Assembly: GCA_036626215.1 (NCBI GenBank)
Contig: JAZKSG010000002.1
Coordinates: 1-59,597, forward strand
Length of the DNA: 59,597 nt
Origin: Thermoplasmatota archaeon
GTDB lineage: Archaea > Thermoplasmatota > E2 > DHVEG-1
Direction: 5' to 3'
In this document: in pieces, positions 9,682 to 19,443 of the stretch
How the letters are laid out: each line of letters opens with the position of its first letter
Numbering within the stretch: position 1 is the stretch's first letter
Program-made: the position numbers and the translations under genes
The notes under the pieces: model-generated
What the model saw: only the letters and a program-made list of their open reading frames with translations
What the model was told of the DNA's origin: nothing
The model's database searches: none

Positions 9682-10947
9682 TTATGGTTTGAAAACAAGT
9701 GATTCAGCTCCTCCATGCCAGCTGAGACGAGGACGTATCTTGATGATATGTGATGACTCAGATGTATCATCAACTATCAAAGCGACACCTTTCTCATCTC
9801 CTATTTTTCTGATAGCTTCCTCTATAGAACTATGCATATATGTAGGCCGAATTCGTCCAAGAGATTCGATATCTTCATGGGAGGTAAGACGATGACAAAT
9901 AATTAAATCACTATGAGATAAAACTTCAGAGTCAACAGAGCTAGGTCGTTGAGTAGCTAAAATCAAAGATAAACCAGGTTGACGGCCTTGACGCATCCAT
10001 TCATTTATCAAAACCTTTTTACTCAAATTTTTTTTATCATGGGGTAAAAAAATATGTGCTTCATCGATAGCCATCCACACCATAGGCATCTCTTCATCTT
10101 TAACCGTTATACCCATTTTTTTCTGCTCATGTATCTTTCTTGCTTTTACTCGTTCTTCAAAGATTTTTTCTCCTACAACTGATACCACAATATCTTTTAG
10201 TTCCTCTGTAGGTAGATGGCTGATATCTAAAACGGTGATAGCTCCTCTTTCTATTAACCGTTGAACTGAAATTCCGTTTTTATCGAAAATGCTCCATAAT
10301 TCTGCGGTTTTCAAAAAGTTTTCAGCTGCAGCTTTAACTGTTTCATCACATCGTCTATCATTTTTGATATAATCCGTTAAGTCTTGAAGTGAGTAAGCAG
10401 GTTTTTGTTCTTTTAATTTTAAAACTGCTCTAGTCAAAGCGATTCCTAATGGATCTGTAGGTTTAATATTGAAAAGTTGACACCAATGGAAAGGAGTGAG
10501 TTCTGATGCGGGTATGGAGAAACTCTTCGCTTCGATATTGTTTTCTTTATATGTTTTTATATGTTTATTTGGAACTAAGAGGTTTATATCAAAGCTTTCT
10601 GGTTTGAGATTCCATTTTTTCAAAATGTTTTTTTCTTGGTTTGTTTTAATAGTTGTCCAGTAGATGCCTAGTGTGTCAATGATGATGACGCCGAGGTTGT
10701 CTTTGATCTTTTTTTCAAGTCGAGCGATTTCTTCGATGAGAACGCCTATAGTATAGCTTTTTCCGTATCCTCTTTTACCACATATCGTCATTACGTGTGG
10801 TCTTAATATGTCAACATATACATTTGATCCAAGAGAGGAATCCAGGGCGTAGTATCTCCCAATGTTTAAAACGCCTTCAGGTTTTTTGTCTTTTCTACCT
10901 AAAACATAGATTCTCTCTGTAACTCCTTCTTTATCGATATTTTTCAT
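9682..10947 (-). CDS. HerA/FtsK-superfamily ATPase (DUF87 / COG0433 type)
   Basis: Walker A CGKRGYGKSYT, Walker B MAIDEAHIFLP, and the LILATQRPSSVDSEVLSHSDLIICHRL motif typical of HerA-like P-loop ATPases. Confidence 0.8.
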   Translation of the reverse strand: MKNIDKEGVTERIYVLGRKDKKPEGVLNIGRYYALDSSLGSNVYVDILRPHVMTICGKRGYGKSYTIGVLIEEIARLEKKIKDNLGVIIIDTLGIYWTTIKTNQEKNILKKWNLKPESFDINLLVPNKHIKTYKENNIEAKSFSIPASELTPFHWCQLFNIKPTDPLGIALTRAVLKLKEQKPAYSLQDLTDYIKNDRRCDETVKAAAENFLKTAELWSIFDKNGISVQRLIERGAITVLDISHLPTEELKDIVVSVVGEKIFEERVKARKIHEQKKMGITVKDEEMPMVWMAIDEAHIFLPHDKKNLSKKVLINEWMRQGRQPGLSLILATQRPSSVDSEVLSHSDLIICHRLTSHEDIESLGRIRPTYMHSSIEEAIRKIGDEKGVALIVDDTSESSHIIKIRPRLSWHGGAESLVFKP

Positions 10948-11080
10948 CTACCTTTTCCTCTCGTTTTTTTTGTAGAATTTGCTAGAAATAATTTTTTATA
11001 TCTTTTATTTAATTAACGGTTATTTATATATAATATTTCATACATTTAGTTTTTGGTTAAACATAGGAGCAAAGAAAGAT

Positions 11081-13300
11081 TTGAATAAAAAAACATGTAG
11101 ATACAACGCCATCCGTAGAAAAAGCAGCAAAACAATAATCATAAACTGCAGAAAATGCAGACAAGGACACTCCACAATTTTCGATAAAACCTGCAGAAAA
11201 AACATTTTTCATATACTACAAAACGAACACGGTGCAACACGGCTAATACTCAACCATGCCTTCGTAAAAGTATTCACCGGTAAAGAACTACAAACCCTCA
11301 AAAAACTAACCGACTTTATCGAAATACTGAAAACATACAGCCATATAGAAACACCTACAAAAAACTATGCTGAATGCAGAAACTGCTCACAAAAAAGAGA
11401 GAAAGAAATAAAAAAATTGATAAACATAGCAGAAGAAGACCCAGTTTCTGCTTTTCTTAAAACATCAGAGTTAAAAGATAGAGAAGAAAACAAAATTCAT
11501 CCGGAATGTGAAACATGTAACAAAAAATTTAAAAAATTGATTTCAAAAATACTAGAAAAAATTGGGCAAAAATTTCTAAAACCAGAAATCAGTAGAGATG
11601 AATTCTACACTAATTATATTCAACCTTATGTAAGACCTGGTTTTGTAGATTCTTTCATACAGCTGCAGCCTCCCCCAGATGCAGTTTTTTTGGAGTCATA
11701 TGAGGTAAAAAGAGGGAATCGCCGCCCTATGAATGTCTCTCTTTACATGTTGAAAAGTCGCCCTGAGAAACTATATTTTGTTTCCCCTTCTGAATACAGT
11801 TTACCTCGTAATGAGATATACTTGTTAGAAAAAGTTAGAGATCATCTCTCTCAACATAGACCATCAGATACTTCTTTTATGGATAGTGAAACTGCTCGTG
11901 AATATTTTCGTCATTTCGCCAGAGATATAATATCAGGTTTTGTTGAACAGGGTTTGATTGATCTTAAAGCTGATCGTATAGAGTATCTATCTGATGTTTT
12001 CTCCAGATATACAGCAGGTTTCGGTATTCTTGAAGATCTACTTCTTGATCAACGTATACAGGATGTATATGTCAATGCCCCTGTGGTAAATAACGCTCTT
12101 CATTTAGTGGTTGACGGCGAGGAATATACTTCTAATATTTTTTTGTCTAACGCTGATATTGATGCTTTGGCTTCTCGTTTCCGTACTCTTAGCGGCCGTG
12201 CTTTCTCTGAAGCTTCACCTACTTTGGATATGGATTTGGAGGAGTATAAAACACGTGTTGCCGCTATTTCTAATCCTTTGACTCCAAAAGGTATAGCTTT
12301 TGCACTCAGACGACATCGTCAAAAACCGTGGACTCTTACCCGTTTTATAAGTAACAAAATGTTGTCTCCTTTGGCAGCTGGTTTCCTTAGTTTTTTAGTG
12401 GATGGACAAGCCTCTCTGTTGATAGCGGGTAGTAGAGGCGCTGGTAAAACATCTCTGCTTGGTTCTTTAATATTGGAGATCCCTCAGCGTTTCCGGATAT
12501 TAACTTTAGAGGATACAGCTGAGATACCTGTCGATGACCTACAAAACATTGGTTACAAAATACAGTCGTTGATAACGAAATCTATTTCCTCAGGAGCAAG
12601 TTCAACAGAGGTTAGTCCCTCTGATGCTTTACGTACAGCTCTTCGTCTAGGTGAATCAGTGTTGATACTGGGAGAAGTACGTGGCGTAGAAGCAAAAGTA
12701 CTTTTTGAGGCTATGCGGGTAGGTGCAGCGGGAAACCTGATAATGGGTACCATCCATGGCTCAACAACCCGGGATGTATACGAACGAGTAGTTTATGATA
12801 TAGGTGTACCAGCTACTTCTTTCAAAGCAGTAGACGCAATAGTTATAGCCGCCCCTATACGAATGGAAGGAGGTATAGATAGAAAAAGGAGAGTAGTAGA
12901 AATCTCTGAGATTACCAAAACCGGATGGAAAGCAAAAAATCATACCGATAAAGTGTTCCAAGATGTCATGGTATACAACACCGCAAGAGACACCCTGGAA
13001 TCTACTGATTTGTTAGATATGGGGCAATCGCAACTTCTTGAAGACATCGCCCGTAAATGGGGTATCACAGTCGAAAAAGCTCTTCAAAACATACGTCTAA
13101 GAGCAAAAATCAAAAAAACAATTGCAGAGAAAGGAAAAGAAAAAGAGTTTCTCTTAGAGGCAGATGCCAATAGAGATTGTAACAACGCCTTATGGATGTT
13201 TATAGAGGAAAACAAGATAAGAAACAGAAAGGTGGATTATCGACAGGTTGAGAAACAGTGGTATGAATGGTTTGAAAACTATGTTGGAAGATTACCATGA
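11081..13300 (+). CDS. Type II/IV secretion-family ATPase (FlaI/ArlI/PilB-like) with a Cys-rich N-terminal extension
   Basis: Walker A LIAGSRGAGKTSLLGS, Walker B-region ILTLEDTAEI, LILGEVRGVEA and GTIHG motifs. There is no in-frame ATG near the 5' end. I propose the TTG at 11081, which follows AGGAG at 11065-11069. The track start at 10979 lies in AT-rich promoter DNA. Confidence 0.85.
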   Translation: MNKKTCRYNAIRRKSSKTIIINCRKCRQGHSTIFDKTCRKNIFHILQNEHGATRLILNHAFVKVFTGKELQTLKKLTDFIEILKTYSHIETPTKNYAECRNCSQKREKEIKKLINIAEEDPVSAFLKTSELKDREENKIHPECETCNKKFKKLISKILEKIGQKFLKPEISRDEFYTNYIQPYVRPGFVDSFIQLQPPPDAVFLESYEVKRGNRRPMNVSLYMLKSRPEKLYFVSPSEYSLPRNEIYLLEKVRDHLSQHRPSDTSFMDSETAREYFRHFARDIISGFVEQGLIDLKADRIEYLSDVFSRYTAGFGILEDLLLDQRIQDVYVNAPVVNNALHLVVDGEEYTSNIFLSNADIDALASRFRTLSGRAFSEASPTLDMDLEEYKTRVAAISNPLTPKGIAFALRRHRQKPWTLTRFISNKMLSPLAAGFLSFLVDGQASLLIAGSRGAGKTSLLGSLILEIPQRFRILTLEDTAEIPVDDLQNIGYKIQSLITKSISSGASSTEVSPSDALRTALRLGESVLILGEVRGVEAKVLFEAMRVGAAGNLIMGTIHGSTTRDVYERVVYDIGVPATSFKAVDAIVIAAPIRMEGGIDRKRRVVEISEITKTGWKAKNHTDKVFQDVMVYNTARDTLESTDLLDMGQSQLLEDIARKWGITVEKALQNIRLRAKIKKTIAEKGKEKEFLLEADANRDCNNALWMFIEENKIRNRKVDYRQVEKQWYEWFENYVGRLP

Positions 13301-15288
13301 AAAAAAGATTTCATTGGTATGAAAAAGCCTCTTTTTTCGCTGAAAAATATTTTTCATGGATGATCAAAGAAGACAAAAAAACTAGGGGAAAAATTGAGGA
13401 AAAATTTGATGCAGAATATGTCAACAATCTAAATTTTACAGGGTTACAACTATCGACTTTTGACATTGTCCGGTTGTCCTATGCCGGTGCCTTCCTATTT
13501 TTTGTATTATTTTTACTGTTGGATTTGATAATTCTTCTGCTTCACTGGTTTAATTTTTTTAGTATAGATTTTTTGACTCTTTTTCTGATGGCGCTGGTTT
13601 TATTTGTGGTGCCTTTTTTTGTGTTGAATCTTTTGGTTAACTATCCTAAGACTTATGCTCGTTTTATTAAAATTCATTCTTTGGGTGACATCCCGGAGGT
13701 GTTGAGTTATCTGGTGATGTATCTTAAGTTGGTGCCTAATCTTGAGAACAGCGTTAAGTTTGCTGCTTCTGAATCCTCTACTTCTCTGGCTCGTGATCTA
13801 CGTAAAATGCTTTGGGATATGGAGATACGTATTTATCATGGTGTAGATGACGCTTTAGGAAATTTCGCTACACTTTGGGGTGAATGGAGTGATTATTTTA
13901 AACGTTCTCTGCATCTGGTGAGGAGTTCTATTCATGAACGAGAGGAGGCTTCACGTTTAGTTACCCTTAATCGTTCTTTGGATGTCGCTTTAGATGGTAC
14001 ACGCGACCTTATGAACAAGTTTGCTAGTCGGCTGCATCAACCTACTATGTTTATTTATTCAATTGGGATTATGATACCTTTGGCGTTAGTGGCAATGCTT
14101 CCTGCTGCAGGTCTTGTAGGTTTGCAGATAAATATTCTCCAAGTTTTTTTTATATATGATGTTTTGTTGCCGTTGTTTATTTTTTATTATACTCGACGTG
14201 TTTTGTTGACTCGACCTGCTACTTTTAATCCACCTGTGATACCTGAGGATCATCCTGATCTGGTTGATTTAGATAAAAACAAGTTTAGATTTCTAGCTTT
14301 TTTGATTGGTGGATTAGTTGCTTTACCCGGCGTTATTTTTATTTTTCTACCGGTTTTGTTTCCAGATGGTTCTTCTGTTGGTTTCTTAGATTTTGTTGTT
14401 GATAGAAACGGTTTAAACAGTTTCTTCCCTGTAACGTTGTTTTTGATTTGGGGCTTTAGCCTAGGTTTTAGTTTTTATTGTTTAAGTGTTTATCGGCCTT
14501 ATAAGAAGATTCGTGATGAAATCCGGAAGATCGAGACAGAGTTTAGCGATGCATTGTACATTCTTGGTAAAAGAGTCAATGAGGAGAAATCACCTGAGGA
14601 GAGTTTTTTGTATGCCGCTGAGACTATGGAGGGATCTGAGATAGCTAAGGTTTTCAGTCAAACCGGTTATAATTTAACTGCTATGCATACTAGTATAGAT
14701 GAAGCTTTGTTTAACGACGATTTTGGTTCTTTGAAACATGTTTATTCTGATCGTGTTAAGGCTATTATGCGTCTTTTTGTAGAGGGTATTAAAAAGAGTC
14801 AGAAGGCGGTTAGTGTTTCAATTATTCGTATAGCGGATCATCTTAAACATCTTCAGGAAGTTGAAAATAAAATAAGGGATCAATTGTATTCTTTGACTTC
14901 TACGTTGAGAGGCACAGTAGCTGTTTTTGCTCCAATTATTGGTGGTATTACTCTTTCTATAACTAAGCTTATTACTAGTATCCTTTCAGATATGTCTGGG
15001 AAGGTTCCAACTGAGACGGATCTTTCATCTGCTGGTGTCTCTATGCCTACTGTTAATACTTCTTTTTCGGTTCAGAATATTAGTCCAGAGTTTTTTGTAT
15101 TAGTAATCGGTATATATCTGATAGAGTTGATTTTTTTGATGGTTCATTTCACCAATGGTATAGATGAAGGTGATGACAAAGCTACTTATATGTATTCGTT
15201 GGGTAAAACCATCCCTATATCGATAATGGTTTTTACGTTAACCGTTATACTCGGTCAGTTTCTATTTTCATCTATCGTACAAGTATAA
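13297..15288 (+). CDS. Polytopic membrane platform protein (FlaJ/TadC/PilC-like)
   Basis: Overlaps the ATPase stop (ATGA). Multiple TM helices are arranged in two blocks separated by soluble domains, the usual architecture and position of the archaeal T4P platform protein. Confidence 0.65.
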   Translation: MKKRFHWYEKASFFAEKYFSWMIKEDKKTRGKIEEKFDAEYVNNLNFTGLQLSTFDIVRLSYAGAFLFFVLFLLLDLIILLLHWFNFFSIDFLTLFLMALVLFVVPFFVLNLLVNYPKTYARFIKIHSLGDIPEVLSYLVMYLKLVPNLENSVKFAASESSTSLARDLRKMLWDMEIRIYHGVDDALGNFATLWGEWSDYFKRSLHLVRSSIHEREEASRLVTLNRSLDVALDGTRDLMNKFASRLHQPTMFIYSIGIMIPLALVAMLPAAGLVGLQINILQVFFIYDVLLPLFIFYYTRRVLLTRPATFNPPVIPEDHPDLVDLDKNKFRFLAFLIGGLVALPGVIFIFLPVLFPDGSSVGFLDFVVDRNGLNSFFPVTLFLIWGFSLGFSFYCLSVYRPYKKIRDEIRKIETEFSDALYILGKRVNEEKSPEESFLYAAETMEGSEIAKVFSQTGYNLTAMHTSIDEALFNDDFGSLKHVYSDRVKAIMRLFVEGIKKSQKAVSVSIIRIADHLKHLQEVENKIRDQLYSLTSTLRGTVAVFAPIIGGITLSITKLITSILSDMSGKVPTETDLSSAGVSMPTVNTSFSVQNISPEFFVLVIGIYLIELIFLMVHFTNGIDEGDDKATYMYSLGKTIPISIMVFTLTVILGQFLFSSIVQV

Positions 15289-15475
15289 AAATGGCTTAGA
15301 AAAAACTATAAACCGCCATAGATTTTTTAGTTTGCGCTTTTTCCTTTGGATATATTTCAAGTCTGGCAGAAATATTTTTGTATAAATTTTAAATTTTTAA
15401 TGGAATTAAATTATGTTATTACCTTTGTATAAACACTTATAGTGAATAAAGCATATTTATTGTGGGATAGAAATT

Positions 15476-16030
15476 GTGAGAAAAACTTTAGTTGCTCATT
15501 TTGCTGATTGGATAGATAAAGCCGAAAATCTAATTCCTATTAAAGAGAAAGGTATATTTTATCCAACAAAAGAGCAAATAATTTCATTGCACGATTTTTT
15601 AATAAATAAATTTAGATCAGAAGGAGAACGAAATGTTTTTCCAGGAATTTTGCACGATGGAGATTTAGATTTTGTTTGTATTAGATGGTATGAAGATAAA
15701 AGCGAAAATAAATGGGAGGATATAATTTATAAAGGAGCTAGAATTTTTAATCTATTTCTTGAAGACGGACATCCTTTTGTTGATGGCAATAAAAGAACCG
15801 GTTTTGTTACTTTATGGATCTTTTTAAAAATAAATAATTTTGATGTAAAATTTGGATATTTAAATTATCAAATACATTATAGGAAAATTAAAGATTGGGC
15901 AGATGCGGGTAAAGACACAGATAATATTAAGGAAATAATGAGATGGATTATAAAAAACGAGACTTTTTATCAAAAAATTAAAAGATGTATTACCAATTTT
16001 TGGATTAAAATAAGAAATCTAAATTTTTGA
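15476..16030 (+). CDS. Fic/Doc-family protein (Doc-like)
   Basis: HPFVDGNKRTGF matches the Fic/Doc core HxFx(D/E)GNKRxxx. GTG start. Confidence 0.75.
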   Translation: MRKTLVAHFADWIDKAENLIPIKEKGIFYPTKEQIISLHDFLINKFRSEGERNVFPGILHDGDLDFVCIRWYEDKSENKWEDIIYKGARIFNLFLEDGHPFVDGNKRTGFVTLWIFLKINNFDVKFGYLNYQIHYRKIKDWADAGKDTDNIKEIMRWIIKNETFYQKIKRCITNFWIKIRNLNF

Positions 16031-16398
16031 AAGTTTTTTTAACAATTTTTTGTTTTTCTTTACAAATTTGTTAAAATCTTTAGAAATATCGAAGGCTACT
16101 ACTTTTTTGCCATTATGTTGTACGTATTTTTTTTTCATTTTTTCCCTTCAAACTAATATTTTTATCTCTATATTAATATATCCTCACAATAATATTTAAT
16201 ATTTTCCATAAAAACAACTTAATTAACTTGTTTTTTTCATCTCCACATCAATCTCTATTTAAAAGATAATATTTAAAGGTTTCTTGTTATTTTTACATTT
16301 CCCTCTTTGGATTGGTTGAAAAAAACCAAATCACAAAAGAGATTGGGCAATATTAAACTTTCTACAAATTTATTTTGTGCCCAAACTCTATAAATATA

Positions 16399-16905
16399 TT
16401 ATCTTTTGAGTTCTTCTAATATAATTTCTGCAGTCCACTTTGCTACATTACCTGAAACTTTTGGACATTTATCTACATGTGCACCAGCATCCTCAAAAGC
16501 CTGATACTCCTCCTTATCCATAAGATTATAAGACCGACCAAACAGTTTCTTCTGGACATCTTTACAAAGAATGGAATCATACTCTTCAATAAAACGATCA
16601 TAGAGTTTTTTAGCAAACTGAAAAACCCGTCTTTTCTTACGGCCCTCTGAAAAATCCTCATAGCTACGGCCAACCGCCGAACTTATACACATCAAACCTC
16701 CAGCAAGAGCACCACATGTACCTTCACTAGACAAAACAGTGCCACCAGCTAAAGCATCACCCGCTTTAACCAAAACAGGATCACCGACATCAACAGTTTC
16801 CATCAAAGCAGCTAACACACACTGTGGGCAGCTACCGCGTTCTGCTTCATATTTAAAAGCCAAATCATAGGCTTTATCGCACATTTTTTTCTGTTCTGAA
16901 TTCAA
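16399..16905 (-). CDS. C_GCAxxG_C_C family redox-active protein
   Basis: Family Cys pattern present: GSCPQCVLAAL ... GTCGALAGGLMCIS ... CKDV. Confidence 0.7.
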   Translation of the reverse strand: MNSEQKKMCDKAYDLAFKYEAERGSCPQCVLAALMETVDVGDPVLVKAGDALAGGTVLSSEGTCGALAGGLMCISSAVGRSYEDFSEGRKKRRVFQFAKKLYDRFIEEYDSILCKDVQKKLFGRSYNLMDKEEYQAFEDAGAHVDKCPKVSGNVAKWTAEIILEELKR

Positions 16906-16984
16906 AGCTTATACCCCGCAACAAAATATTTTTTAACCGATCCAACAAAATAATATCCCATCTTAATTAAACTTTTTACAAATG

Positions 16985-17578
16985 TTATAACTCTAAAATA
17001 TTTTTAAAATCAGATAATTTTTCAACCCTATAATCTGCATCAATTTTAATACCAACCACTTTACAACCAGCAGCGTGGCCTGCTTTAACATCACTATCTG
17101 TATCACCTACCAATAAACAGTTCTCTGGTTTGACATCAAGCTCACTACATGCTTTGAAAATCATTTCAGGATCCGGTTTACCCATACCTACATGGTCACT
17201 AGTAATAATTACATCAAAAAATTTTTTTAAACCAGTTATATCCAGAATTTGATTTGTACAGCCATTAGGAGTATTAGTGATTAAAGCCTTTTTGAAACTA
17301 TCTAAACTTCCCAATGTTTTTTTGGTGTCAGAAAAAACTTTCACCTTATCGATATGTTCACTATATACATTGTTACAGAAACTAACTACTTTTTTGTCTA
17401 TATCAAATTTTTCTAGGTTACTTCTTAAATCATGACCCCAAAAACGATCTTTGAACTCCTCTCTGCTAACTTTGTCATATCCATAGTTCTCTAAAGCATC
17501 ATTTAAAGCTGACCACCATGATTCAAGTGAATCAACCAAAACTCCATCCATATCAAATAGTATAGCATCGGGTTTCAT
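16985..17578 (-). CDS. HAD-superfamily hydrolase (phosphatase)
   Basis: Motif I FDMDGVLVDS, motif II ALITNT, motif IV VGDTDSD. Confidence 0.8.
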   Translation of the reverse strand: MKPDAILFDMDGVLVDSLESWWSALNDALENYGYDKVSREEFKDRFWGHDLRSNLEKFDIDKKVVSFCNNVYSEHIDKVKVFSDTKKTLGSLDSFKKALITNTPNGCTNQILDITGLKKFFDVIITSDHVGMGKPDPEMIFKACSELDVKPENCLLVGDTDSDVKAGHAAGCKVVGIKIDADYRVEKLSDFKNILEL

Positions 17579-17739
17579 AACGCCATCACACTAGACATCC
17601 ATATATTAAGGATAGATGAAAATAAACATATCATACAAAAAACTTATCAGAAAAAATAAAAAAACCTCTACTAATACATTCTCAACGATAAAAAAAAAAA
17701 ATATTTTTTATCTGGAAGGGAGGTTAGCTATAGGTTTTT

Positions 17740-18135
17740 ATGATAAAGTTAAAAGTTAAGACTAATAGTAGAACAGAAATGGCAGATATAACAGATAAAA
17801 TAGAGAAGGCTATTAAAGAAGAAGGATTTGAAGACGGAGAAATATCGATATATGTACCTCATACCACCGCTGCTGTAACTATTAATGAAGGAGCTGACCC
17901 TAGCGTACAGAGAGACATCATCACTACTCTTCAAAAACTGGTTCCAGAAAACGGTGATTATAAACATGCAGAGGGAAATAGTGACGCCCATATCAAAGCT
18001 AGTATTATTGGTTCCTCAGAGAGAGTAATCGTGGAAAATGGTAGATTGGTGTTGGGGACCTGGCAAAAAATATTTTTCTTCGAGGGGGATGGACCTAGAA
18101 GTAGAAAAATCTATGTTGAAATGTTTTCAAAATAA
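17740..18135 (+). CDS. YjbQ/UPF0047 family protein (secondary thiamine-phosphate synthase type)
   Basis: VPHTTAAVTINEGADPSVQRD and GNSDAHIKASIIG are family hallmarks. Confidence 0.8.
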   Translation: MIKLKVKTNSRTEMADITDKIEKAIKEEGFEDGEISIYVPHTTAAVTINEGADPSVQRDIITTLQKLVPENGDYKHAEGNSDAHIKASIIGSSERVIVENGRLVLGTWQKIFFFEGDGPRSRKIYVEMFSK

Positions 18136-18140
18136 TCGAC

Positions 18141-18746
18141 TTAGACAGGTTTAACATTTTCATAGATTCCTATGAATGAAAATCTTGCTGGTTTGAAAAG
18201 TTTAAATTCGGGTTTAAACTGTAAAATTTTTGTTCTTCGGTATATAAAAAGACCTGTAAAGTTTTCTACCTGGAGAGAATGCGGTTTATTTATGAAAAAA
18301 GTTATGTTTCCACTACGGTTTATACTCTCTGTGATATTGCCAAGATCTGGTGTGAAACTCTTGTTGACGCTGCCATATATAGTGGTGTAGGAAAATTTTG
18401 ATCCTAATATAGAAGGTGTCCTATATGTCAACGTGAATGTAGCGTTTTCTAGGAAGGCAATAGGTATTAGTGGTGCTATTCTTATTCTTCTGAGGCAACG
18501 ACTGATTCTGTTTATTTTTCTAAGTTTTGCATCTTGGATTTTTACTTTGGAAAACAGATGAGCGGGACCGACAGTGAAAAATAAATTTTTCGTCTTATTT
18601 TCAGTCGTATCGTTGTTTAATGAATTATTGATATAATTTGTTTTAATAGTTGGATCAATTGTTTCGTTTTCTACTGCATAGGCTGGAATTGAAGTAGCTG
18701 TTAATATTAAAACGCATATTATCGCTATAAGAGTTGTTTTTTTCAT
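18141..18746 (-). CDS. Secreted hypothetical protein
   Basis: Signal-like N-terminus MKKTTLIAIICVLILTATSIPAYA. No recognisable domain. Confidence 0.4.
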   Translation of the reverse strand: MKKTTLIAIICVLILTATSIPAYAVENETIDPTIKTNYINNSLNNDTTENKTKNLFFTVGPAHLFSKVKIQDAKLRKINRISRCLRRIRIAPLIPIAFLENATFTLTYRTPSILGSKFSYTTIYGSVNKSFTPDLGNITESINRSGNITFFINKPHSLQVENFTGLFIYRRTKILQFKPEFKLFKPARFSFIGIYENVKPV

Positions 18747-18858
18747 TGTTACTCTACATATAACATTATATAATTCATTATATATAATTTTATTCTATTA
18801 TATCGGTGGTTAAGTTTTTTGAAAGCATATTAATAACACAATCTACATTCAATCAGAA

Positions 18859-19413
18859 GTGATGTTATATTATATACACGGATATCTTTCCAGCCCTAAC
18901 AGCACAAAAGGTAGTCTTTTTAAAAAAGAGTTAAACGCAGAAGCAGTTAAATATCGAGACTGTAAACCAGAGGAACTCGTTATTTCAGATTGCGTAAAAG
19001 AGATCAAAAAAGCTGTAGGTGATGACGAAAACGCGGTTTTATTAGGTTCCTCCCTAGGTGGATTTCTATCCGCGCAGGTAGCCTACGAAAAACCAGAGAT
19101 AAAACAACTCGTACTTTTCAACCCTGCTATAATACCACCCGACGTAAATATAGAAAACATAGAAGGTATGCCTCAGAGGATACTAAGAGATATGAAAAAA
19201 CCAGCATTATTTGAAGAAAAACTCAACTGCAATATATTCCTAATCGTCGGCACCGAGGACTCTGTAGTTCCAAATGAATGGAGTATACAGTTTGCAAAAA
19301 AACAAGAAGCCACTATCCACTTTTTAGAGGATGACCATCGTCTGTCAAAGAACGTTAAAAAACTACCTCAGATGATACACTGTATATTAGACAAAAAAAC
19401 ATTAAACATGTAA
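18859..19413 (+). CDS. YqiA/UPF0227-like alpha/beta hydrolase (esterase)
   Basis: LYYIHGYLSSPNSTKG N-terminus, GSSLGG nucleophile elbow, and a C-terminal DDH. Confidence 0.6.
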   Translation: MMLYYIHGYLSSPNSTKGSLFKKELNAEAVKYRDCKPEELVISDCVKEIKKAVGDDENAVLLGSSLGGFLSAQVAYEKPEIKQLVLFNPAIIPPDVNIENIEGMPQRILRDMKKPALFEEKLNCNIFLIVGTEDSVVPNEWSIQFAKKQEATIHFLEDDHRLSKNVKKLPQMIHCILDKKTLNM

Positions 19414-19443
19414 TACTATTCCCTAAGGTGTGAAAAACAAACT

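Noticed and set aside
10979-11080. N-terminal extension of the pilus ATPase in the track ORF (MLEIIFYIFYLINGYLYIIFH...).
   Set aside because: This is a translation of AT-rich promoter DNA containing a TATA-like TTTATATATAA. An AGGAG plus TTG at 11081 is a more plausible start.
16019-16138. Small minus-strand ORF convergent with the Doc-like gene, considered as a possible antitoxin.
   Set aside because: Careful framing gives only 25 aa (MKKKYVQHNGKKVVAFDISKILTNL). The orientation is wrong for a Phd-type partner, and there is no RBS.
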